Shown in pieces: positions 10,524 to 17,458 of a stretch of DNA of 19,927 nt. Both the position numbers and the translations under genes were made by a program. The stretch covers positions 71,738 to 91,664 of the forward strand of contig CAITND010000151.1 of the NCBI GenBank assembly GCA_903893625.1, given 5' to 3'. The notes under the pieces are model-generated. The model had not been told where the DNA came from. It worked only from the letters and a program-made list of their open reading frames with translations, and ran no database searches. The number at the start of each line of letters is the position of its first letter. The first letter of the stretch is position 1. This stretch comes from an uncultured Oscillatoriales cyanobacterium. GTDB lineage: Bacteria > Cyanobacteriota > Cyanobacteriia > Cyanobacteriales > Microcoleaceae.

Positions 10524-11729
10524 ATGAATACACAACCGTTTTGGCTTCCTTTGGTTAGATCTTTAATTCTTCTTCCGCTTGGAATTCCTGGCTTTTTAAT
10601 CCTACCATTTCTAATAGATATTTTTATAAGTATATCTGGCTCAACTCGATTTATTTGGTTATCAAGATTAGGTATTTTTACTATTTTATGTGTATTAATA
10701 ACAATAGTTATATGCTCATTATTTTATCTTTTGAGTCAAGTTTTAATAGGTAAATGGCTGCCTAAGTTTAATTTTTTATGGGAAGGAACAAAAGCAACAT
10801 TTATAATTTTTATTAATTCTCTAATTACTTGGAATATTCTCTTTAAATTTCAAGAATTAAATTGTAAATTTTTTTATGATTTATCTGAAGAAGCAGAGAT
10901 TTCATATTGCATGGGAATGAAAACTAATATAGTAATTTCTAATATGCTAGAAAATCCTACTAGCTTAAGTGCATTATTCGTTTTGATAATTTGGCTTATG
11001 CTCGCAACTATATTCTACCGACTAGAGAATAATAGTAATCAATCTAAAAATAATTTATCAAAAACTATTGTATTTTTCCTAGTAGGTTTAATTATTAGTT
11101 CAGGCATTAAACTCTCGCAAATTACTCCATCACAGAATGTAAATTCTGATGCTTCTGTTACTGAAAACACTGAACAAACGTCTTCCTCAAATGTTCAAAC
11201 GACAGAAGAAATTGTACCAGAAAATAATGAAGAAAATCAGGATGAAACTAATTATTTTCGAGAGGCCATTGAAACAGCAACAAAAGCTGCTAATTTAGCA
11301 CAAACTGCTAAAACTTCCGATGAATGGAAAACTGTTGCAGATGAATGGAAAAATGCTATTGAATTAATGCAATCTGTTCCTGATTCTTCGGAAAATTATG
11401 TGCTTGCTCAAGATCGGGTTCAACAATATCAAAATAATTTACAGTATAGTCAAAAAAAGGCTAATCCCCAGCCTAAAAATCCATCCGTAAAACATCCAGA
11501 AATTTATTTTCAACAAGGGTTAAATGAAGCTAATACTGCTGCATTTTTAACACAAACCTCTAAATCAAAAGATGAATGGGAATTTGTAGCGAGTCAATGG
11601 GAAAAAGCAATTGAAAATATGAAAGCGGTTTCGACTTCTGATGTTAATTATGGCAAAGCACAACAACGGGTTATTCAGTATCAAAAAAATCTGGATTATG
11701 CGCGTTTAGCTGCTAGTCGTGCTAAATAA
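10524..11729 (+). CDS. Multi-pass membrane protein with a duplicated ~70-aa C-terminal soluble module (no recognised family)
   Basis: 401 aa. Residues 1-200 contain ~5 hydrophobic helices (LILLPLGIPGFLILPFLIDIFISI, IFTILCVLITIVICSLFYLL, ATFIIFINSLITWNILF, LSALFVLIIWLMLATIF, IVFFLVGLIISSGI). Residues ~244-317 and ~328-401 are a tandem repeat at ~45% identity (YFREAIETATKAANLAQTAKTSDEWKTVADEWKNAIELMQSV...AQDRVQQYQNNLQY vs YFQQGLNEANTAAFLTQTSKSKDEWEFVASQWEKAIENMKAV...AQQRVIQYQKNLDY). DNA is very AT-rich (~25-30% GC) compared with its neighbours. Confidence 0.75.
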   Translation: MNTQPFWLPLVRSLILLPLGIPGFLILPFLIDIFISISGSTRFIWLSRLGIFTILCVLITIVICSLFYLLSQVLIGKWLPKFNFLWEGTKATFIIFINSLITWNILFKFQELNCKFFYDLSEEAEISYCMGMKTNIVISNMLENPTSLSALFVLIIWLMLATIFYRLENNSNQSKNNLSKTIVFFLVGLIISSGIKLSQITPSQNVNSDASVTENTEQTSSSNVQTTEEIVPENNEENQDETNYFREAIETATKAANLAQTAKTSDEWKTVADEWKNAIELMQSVPDSSENYVLAQDRVQQYQNNLQYSQKKANPQPKNPSVKHPEIYFQQGLNEANTAAFLTQTSKSKDEWEFVASQWEKAIENMKAVSTSDVNYGKAQQRVIQYQKNLDYARLAASRAK

Positions 11730-11803
11730 TAAAACTAGCTAGACAACTTCTGACCTCAATGTGCTAAAGTTAAAATAGATTAGGGCTATTTTTACAGCAA
11801 AAT

Positions 11804-12880
11804 TTGATTAATATGCTTGAAAATATAGAAATTCAAAATTTTAGATGTTTTGAAGATACTAAAATTTTAGGGTTTAAACGAGTGAATTTAATCGGGGGTA
11901 AAAATAACGCTGGAAAGACAGCTTTTTTAGAAGCTTTACTGTTGCATAACTTTCCTCGCCCTAAAAGCATAATTGAACTTAAAAGAATTAGGAGAGAGTC
12001 TTCAGAGATTTCAAAATCAAGACCTGAAAAGACTTGGGATAATTTTTTTTTAGAGCAAAGTCATCAAGGAGAAATAAAAATTAGTGGCAAATATTCAGAA
12101 AATTGTAAAACGGTAGAGCTTTCTGTTTCGGATACAATTAACTCAGATTTTTTTGAAGATCAAAAAGATATAAAAAAATTGATTGACTTTATTTCTCAAA
12201 ATGAATCAGTAACATCACTTAATATTAAAGTTACTCAAAATCAAGAGAAAATATCTGAATCTTCGGTAATTGCAAGCTCAAACGGAATAATTTCAGTCAA
12301 TGGTTCAGACTCAACTGATATACCTATTATTCCCTCTGGTTTAAGAATGTCTAATAAAGAGTTAGCTGAATCTTATGATAAAGCTCGTTTAGATGAAAAA
12401 GATGGTGAAGTTTTAAAATTATTACAAATTCTTGATTCATCAATTCAAGAGGTCGATAGTTTTTCTATTGGTGAACCTACTTTATATTTAAGAAGCATAA
12501 ATAAACGTCGCTTACCTATTTCACTCTATGGAGATGCTATTATTCGGGCTACAACTATGATTTTAAAATTAATCAATAATAATCATAAAATCTTGTTAAT
12601 TGATGAAATAGAAAATGGCATACACTATACTAATCAACGAGAATTTTGGCGAACTTTATTTCGACTATCAACAGAACTAGATACGCAAATTTTTGCCACA
12701 ACCCACAGTTTAGAAATGATTCAAGCTTTTGGAGATGTAGGCTTAGAAATGGATGAAGAAATGAGTGCTTATTTTGAACTAGCAAGACATCCTAAAACTA
12801 ACGACATTATAGGAATTAAAAGGGATGTAGAAACTTTAAAATATGCTTTAGAACATGGAAAAGGAGTTAGAGGTGAGTAA
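11804..12880 (+). CDS. ABC-type (AAA_15/AAA_21, RecF/SMC/OLD-like) ATPase, PARIS AriA-like defence ATPase
   Basis: 358 aa. N-terminus IEIQNFRCFEDTKILGFKRVNLIGGKNNAGKTAFLEALLL is the classic N-terminal beta-strand plus Walker A (GKNNAGKT) of RecF/OLD-like ABC ATPases. C-terminus has Walker B KILLIDEIENGIH and an H-loop FATTHSLEMI. Very AT-rich (first 60 nt ~20% GC). The stop overlaps the next gene. Confidence 0.8.
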   Translation: MINMLENIEIQNFRCFEDTKILGFKRVNLIGGKNNAGKTAFLEALLLHNFPRPKSIIELKRIRRESSEISKSRPEKTWDNFFLEQSHQGEIKISGKYSENCKTVELSVSDTINSDFFEDQKDIKKLIDFISQNESVTSLNIKVTQNQEKISESSVIASSNGIISVNGSDSTDIPIIPSGLRMSNKELAESYDKARLDEKDGEVLKLLQILDSSIQEVDSFSIGEPTLYLRSINKRRLPISLYGDAIIRATTMILKLINNNHKILLIDEIENGIHYTNQREFWRTLFRLSTELDTQIFATTHSLEMIQAFGDVGLEMDEEMSAYFELARHPKTNDIIGIKRDVETLKYALEHGKGVRGE

Positions 12881-13571
12881 TCTTTTAATTGTGGAAAGTA
12901 AAAATGATAAATTTTTTCTTAAAGCTCTAATTAAAGAGCTAAATTATGATATTGAGATTGATGCTCCTATTTGTATTGATGACTATGAATGTTTAGAAGG
13001 ATTAAGTGAAAAAAGGCTAGTAGGGGCTTTAAAGTCCTTGTTAGCTGATATCCAGAAAAGACAAATTAGTAAAATTGGAATTGTGATCGATATTGATCAA
13101 TATTCTAAGCAAGAGCGTTTACAATTTATTAATCAATGTTTAGGGCAGGTTTTTCCTTTAAATCATGAATTTTCTGATATATCACAATTCATAACTGTCA
13201 ATATTCCTGACTATGATTCTATTGAAATAGCTTGTTATTTTACCCATGTCGAAGGTCAAGGAGAGTTAGAAACTGCCTTAAAACTTATTAAAACCCAAGA
13301 ATCTCCTTATGCAGATTGTTTAGACAGTTGGCGAACCTGTTTAAAAAGTAATAATGAATCGATTAGTGATAAAGACTATGATAAATTTTGGATTAGTAAT
13401 TATATTCGATTTGATACTTGTTCTGGTTCAGAACCCAAGCAAGCAGAACGAAAATGCAGCATGAAAAATTTTGAATATATTATGGAAAATAAAAAAGATA
13501 TCTGGAATTTTAATCACCCTGTTCTCGATGAGATCAAAGAATTTTTGCAGCTTTTCGTTGCTGAGAGTTGA
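12855..13571 (+). CDS. Toprim-domain (DUF4435/OLD-nuclease-like) protein, PARIS AriB-like putative effector nuclease
   Basis: 238 aa. N-terminal LLIVESKNDKFFLKALI matches the Toprim beta1 'ilVEG.tD..f' motif with the catalytic Glu. IGIVIDIDQY provides the Toprim DxD motif. Overlaps the upstream ATPase gene by 26 nt. An alternative start GTG at ~12873-12875 is preceded by AAGGAG and overlaps the ATPase stop as GTGAGTAA, consistent with translational coupling. Confidence 0.7.
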   Translation: MEKELEVSNLLIVESKNDKFFLKALIKELNYDIEIDAPICIDDYECLEGLSEKRLVGALKSLLADIQKRQISKIGIVIDIDQYSKQERLQFINQCLGQVFPLNHEFSDISQFITVNIPDYDSIEIACYFTHVEGQGELETALKLIKTQESPYADCLDSWRTCLKSNNESISDKDYDKFWISNYIRFDTCSGSEPKQAERKCSMKNFEYIMENKKDIWNFNHPVLDEIKEFLQLFVAES

Positions 13572-13635
13572 TCAAATAGAAAATAGTGGGGCTGGGGAGG
13601 AGTATTTCTGTTATCATTAAAAGCAGAATTCATCA

Positions 13636-13653
13636 GGTGCATGGGGATGCACC
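13636..13653. terminator. Hairpin between convergent Toprim gene and psaK (possible weak psaK terminator)
   Basis: GGTGCAT-GGGG-ATGCACC: perfect 7-bp stem with a 4-nt loop. On the minus strand it is followed, after ~10 nt, by CTTTTAA. There is no clean U-tract on the plus strand. Confidence 0.3.
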
Positions 13654-13669
13654 CTACATCTGAAATGAG

Positions 13670-13930
13670 TTAAATTACTCCTAAACTGGATAATCCTAAA
13701 ATCACACCCGCCCCTAAAATATGACCAAAACTTGTGGTTGCTAAAACCGCAGGTAAGCCAAACCCACCGAACATATTAGGTGAGGGTAATTGAGGGCCAG
13801 CATTAGGCTGTTGGATCGATAATTTACCAATGGCGATCGCTGCAATATTGGATACAATCATTACAATAGCGATGGTAGGACTCCAGGCGTGAGTAACGGG
13901 GGTAGCAGCAGTGACGGCTAAAAGCATCAT
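13670..13930 (-). CDS. psaK: Photosystem I reaction centre subunit PsaK
   Basis: 86 aa, two transmembrane helices. WSPTIAIVMIVSNIAAIAIGK...PNMFGGFGLPAVLATTSFGHILGAGVILGLSSLG matches the cyanobacterial PsaK consensus (WSP..., FGGFG, ATTxFGHILGxG). Higher GC and C-ending codons are typical of a highly expressed gene. Confidence 0.9.
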   Translation of the reverse strand: MMLLAVTAATPVTHAWSPTIAIVMIVSNIAAIAIGKLSIQQPNAGPQLPSPNMFGGFGLPAVLATTSFGHILGAGVILGLSSLGVI

Positions 13931-14111
13931 GGAATTATCTCCTAAAGTTTTTTAAACTGTAACCAATGGAAATTAATCGTTATAGCTAAGATGTTTTACC
14001 AAACAAAGGGAATTGATTTTCGTCCTTGTAGCAATACTTAACATTTTCTCCCTAAAATTGCTATCCTAGTTTAAAGAAACGGCCCGACTCAGAGAAACCA
14101 TTGATTTTAAT

Positions 14112-15332
14112 ATGACTAAACAGCAAACCCGCATCTGTATCCTTGGGGGAGGTTTTGGTGGACTCTACACCGCCTTACGTTTGAGTCAACTTCCTTGGCA
14201 AAAATCGGAAGAACCGGAAATTGTTCTGGTGGATCAGAATGACCATTTTTTATTTTTACCTTTGTTGTATGAACTGCTAACCGATGAACTGCAAGCTTGG
14301 GAAATTTCTCCAGCTTTTGAAGACCTGTTAAAAGATACAAATGTGCGGTTTTGTCAAGGTGTTGTCAGTGAAATTAATATTGAAACTAAACAGGTTAAAC
14401 TGCAAAATAATTCGCCCATTTCCTATGATTATTTGGTGTTAGCAATGGGGGGAGAAACGCCTTTAGATCAAGTTCCTGGGGCGAAAGAGTATGCAATTCC
14501 TTTCCGAACTATTGCTAATGCTTATCGTTTAGAAGAACAGTTGCGACGGTTAGAAACCTCCGATCAAGATAAAATTCGGTTGGCAATTGTTGGGGGCGGT
14601 TATTGTGGAGTTGAATTAGCTTGTAAATTAGCCGATCGCTTAGGAACAAAAGCCCGGATTAGAATTATTGAACAAGCGGAGGAAATCTTAAAAACCTCTC
14701 CTGAATTTAATCGAGAAGTGGCTCAAAATGCGTTATCAGATCGACAAGTTTGGATCGATTTAGAAACCACTGTAGCAGCAATTGAAGGAGATAGAATTGC
14801 ACTAGAATATCGAGGTGAAATTGATGAAATTCCGGTTGATATTGTGCTGTGGACGGTGGGAACAAAAGTCTCTCCTGTGGTGCGATCGCTCCCTTTTAAA
14901 CAAAATCAACGGGGTCAAATTGTTACAACATCAACCTTACAAGTGATTGATCATCCTGAAATTTTTGCATTAGGAGATTTAGCAGATTGTAAAGATGCGG
15001 AGGGTCAAACTATTCCAACTACGGCCCAAGCCGCTTTTCAACAAGCAGATTATACCGGGTGGAATCTTTGGGCATTATTAACAGGAAGACCTTTATTACC
15101 CTTCCGATATATTAATTTAGGGGAAATGATCACATTAGGAATAGATAACGCCACCCTAACAGGTTTAGGGGTTAAATTAGACGGTCAATTTGCCCATTTA
15201 GCCCGACGGTTAATGTATTTATATCGCTTCCCAACCTTAGATCATCAAATCCGAGTTGCTGTTAATTGGATAACTCGACCGTTACAGGATTTGTTAATTT
15301 CAATGGATCAGAAAATTGGGACGAAAGAATAG
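14112..15332 (+). CDS. Type II NAD(P)H dehydrogenase (NDH-2), probably NdbB/NDC1-like demethylphylloquinone reductase
   Basis: 406 aa. N-terminal Rossmann dinucleotide-binding motif RICILGGGFGGLYTALRL. Second nucleotide-binding motif RLAIVGGGYCGVELACKL. A length of ~400 aa without a C-terminal extension fits the NdbB class rather than NdbA/NdbC. The NdbB assignment is an inference from the genomic context: divergent from psaK and close to menD. Confidence 0.8.
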   Translation: MTKQQTRICILGGGFGGLYTALRLSQLPWQKSEEPEIVLVDQNDHFLFLPLLYELLTDELQAWEISPAFEDLLKDTNVRFCQGVVSEINIETKQVKLQNNSPISYDYLVLAMGGETPLDQVPGAKEYAIPFRTIANAYRLEEQLRRLETSDQDKIRLAIVGGGYCGVELACKLADRLGTKARIRIIEQAEEILKTSPEFNREVAQNALSDRQVWIDLETTVAAIEGDRIALEYRGEIDEIPVDIVLWTVGTKVSPVVRSLPFKQNQRGQIVTTSTLQVIDHPEIFALGDLADCKDAEGQTIPTTAQAAFQQADYTGWNLWALLTGRPLLPFRYINLGEMITLGIDNATLTGLGVKLDGQFAHLARRLMYLYRFPTLDHQIRVAVNWITRPLQDLLISMDQKIGTKE

Positions 15333-15376
15333 CAATTGAGGAACTGGGTTTTTCTGTTAAAATTGAGATATTTTTG

Positions 15377-15398
15377 TAGAAACCCGGTTTCTGATGTT
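15377..15398. repeat. Palindromic short repeat copy 2: TAGAAACCCGGTTTCTGATGTT (core AGAAACC-C-GGTTTCT)
   Basis: Intergenic: ~45 nt downstream of the NDH-2 gene stop and ~25 nt upstream of the HAD hydrolase start. The central base is inverted relative to copy 1, so it is the reverse-complement orientation of the same element. Confidence 0.6.
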
Positions 15399-15420
15399 AT
15401 TAAAATATTGACCATTAACC

Positions 15421-16146
15421 ATGATTAACCTACAAAATCCTGCACCCGAAAAACCCCGTGTAATTTTTTTAGATGCTGTTGGCACGTTATTTGGAGTCCG
15501 CCATAGTGTGGGGGAAGCTTACCGAATTATTGCTGATCAATTTGGGGTAAAAGCCGAAGCTGAAATTTTAGATCAAGTCTTTTTTCAATGTTTTTTAGCT
15601 GCTCCGAGTATGGCCTTTCCTGGAGTAGATTCGAGTGAAATTCCATCCTTAGAATTTGAGTGGTGGAAAGCGATCGCAGAACAAACCTTTAAAACCGTTG
15701 GACTCTATGATAATTTTACAGATTTTTCCGCCTTTTTTCAAGCCTTATATGGTTATTTTGAAACTGAAAAACCTTGGTTTGTTTATCCCGATGTTCCCCC
15801 TCGGTTAAAATCTTGGCAAGAACAAGGAATAGAATTAGGCGTATTATCCAACTTTGATTCTCGATTATATCCGGTTTTAGAAGCCTTAGATTTAGCTCAA
15901 TTTTTCCAAACTGTGACAATTTCTACAGAAGTAGGAGCCGCAAAACCCAGTTCTGAAATCTTCAAAATTGCCTTAACAAAACATCAATGTTCACCGGAAG
16001 AAGCTTGGCATATTGGTGATAGTTTGAAAGCCGATTATCAAGGATCAAAAGCTCTTGGAATACGCGGAATTTTAGTGCATCGAGAGCAACCGCCAAAGGG
16101 GATTTTAGATGAATATGAAAGTTTAGAACAAATTCCGATATGCTGA
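15421..16146 (+). CDS. HAD-superfamily hydrolase (subfamily IA, haloacid dehalogenase-like phosphatase)
   Basis: 241 aa. Motif I VIFLDAVGTLFGV (D-x-x-G-T-L, as in DAYGTL-type HAD enzymes). Motif IV WHIGDSLKADYQGSKALGIRGILV. Cap-domain-sized insertion between them. Confidence 0.75.
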   Translation: MINLQNPAPEKPRVIFLDAVGTLFGVRHSVGEAYRIIADQFGVKAEAEILDQVFFQCFLAAPSMAFPGVDSSEIPSLEFEWWKAIAEQTFKTVGLYDNFTDFSAFFQALYGYFETEKPWFVYPDVPPRLKSWQEQGIELGVLSNFDSRLYPVLEALDLAQFFQTVTISTEVGAAKPSSEIFKIALTKHQCSPEEAWHIGDSLKADYQGSKALGIRGILVHREQPPKGILDEYESLEQIPIC

Positions 16147-16173
16147 ACAGAGGAGATAGGAGTTAGAAAAACA

Positions 16174-17385
16174 GTGGAATATCATCGGAAAACCCAAGAA
16201 AAACCCGTTCAAAATCTTTCGTTTCGGGAGTTTTCATGGCCCTTTTGGGCTGTTGTCCCGATTTATCCTTATGGTCAACGGCGAACCCTGCGTACTGAAG
16301 TTGTTCCCAATACTATTTGGACGTTTGAGCAGGTACAGGGTATTCTTTATGTCGTGGTTCCCATTCGGATGACGGTGGTGAAACTCGAAACGGGAGGTTT
16401 GTTGGTTTATGCTCCCGTTGCTCCCACCCCAGAATGTCTGGGTTTAATGAGGGAATTAGTGGCAGAATATGGAGATGTAAAATATATTATTTTGCCAACA
16501 ATTTCGGGAATTGAACATAAAGTTTTTGTTGGCGCCTTTGCTCGAAAATTTCCCCAGGCTCAAGTTTTTGTCGCACCGGGACAGTGGAGTTTTCCGATTA
16601 ATTTACCTCTAAGTTGGTTAGGTTTACCTTTAAAACGGACTTATATTCTGCCCCAAGATAGTCAAAAAACGCCCTTTGCTGATGAATTTGACTATCGAAT
16701 TTTAGGGCCGTTAGCGTTAGGAGTTGGACGGTTTGCAGAGGTGGCTTTTTTCCATAAGCGATCGCATACACTATTAGTAACTGATACTATTGTTTCCATT
16801 CCTGAAACTCCTCCAGCTATTATTCAACTTGATCCCTATCCGTTATTATTTCATGCCAAAGATCATACCTTTGATAAAGTAGAGGATAACGAAACTACCC
16901 GTCGTCGAGGATGGCAAAGAATATCATTATTTTCCTTTTATTTTCGTCCTAGTGTATTAGATACCGTAGAATTGGGGGATGCTTTTCGAGAATCTTGGCA
17001 AGCGCCAGACCGTTCTAAAAAAGCTTATTTTGGGATTTATCCGTTTAAATGGAAACCCAATTGGCAAGAATCTTTTGAAGCATTAAGAGGAAATGGACGG
17101 TTATTTGTCGCCCCAGTTTTACAAACTTTAATTTTAAATCGCGCTCCTGAAGAAACATTAATTTGGGCAAATCAAGTATCTGAATGGGATTTTAACCGGA
17201 TTATTCCTTGTCATTTTGATTCCCCAATTATGGCAACACCCCAACAATTTCGGCAGGCGTTTAGTTTTTTAGAACAAAATAGTAATGATAATTTATTACC
17301 TCAAGAAGACTTTGAATTATTATTAGAAATTAATGATATTTTGAATCAATTTAAAATTACACCGCCATCTAAACCTAAAGTTTAA
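16174..17385 (+). CDS. Conserved cyanobacterial/plastid-lineage protein, DUF4336-like (function unknown)
   Basis: 403 aa soluble protein. I recognise the overall pattern of DUF4336 proteins conserved in cyanobacteria and plants (WPFWAVVPIYPYGQRRT...YVVVPIRMTVVKLETGGLLVYAPVAPT...YIILPT). No catalytic motif could be verified by eye. Confidence 0.45.
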   Translation: MEYHRKTQEKPVQNLSFREFSWPFWAVVPIYPYGQRRTLRTEVVPNTIWTFEQVQGILYVVVPIRMTVVKLETGGLLVYAPVAPTPECLGLMRELVAEYGDVKYIILPTISGIEHKVFVGAFARKFPQAQVFVAPGQWSFPINLPLSWLGLPLKRTYILPQDSQKTPFADEFDYRILGPLALGVGRFAEVAFFHKRSHTLLVTDTIVSIPETPPAIIQLDPYPLLFHAKDHTFDKVEDNETTRRRGWQRISLFSFYFRPSVLDTVELGDAFRESWQAPDRSKKAYFGIYPFKWKPNWQESFEALRGNGRLFVAPVLQTLILNRAPEETLIWANQVSEWDFNRIIPCHFDSPIMATPQQFRQAFSFLEQNSNDNLLPQEDFELLLEINDILNQFKITPPSKPKV

Positions 17386-17458
17386 TATCAATAAAATTCC
17401 TGTAGGGGCAGGTTCGTCGAGTTCTTGAATACCAGTAAACAATTTAACTAAACCCGCC

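Noticed and set aside
969-13571. Gabija-like system (OLD-type ATPase plus UvrD-like helicase GajB)
   Set aside because: The UvrD-family helicase (969-3422) is 8 kb from the ATPase, with dnaE, menD and another gene in between. It has normal genome composition and looks like a housekeeping repair helicase. The ATPase is also not fused to its Toprim domain, which GajA is. The split ATPase plus Toprim pair fits PARIS-like architecture, not Gabija.
17416-17456. Possible terminator hairpin between the convergent DUF4336 and response-regulator genes (TAGGGGCAGGTT ... AAACCCGCCCTA)
   Set aside because: Only ~5 contiguous base pairs actually form. There is no U-tract on either strand.
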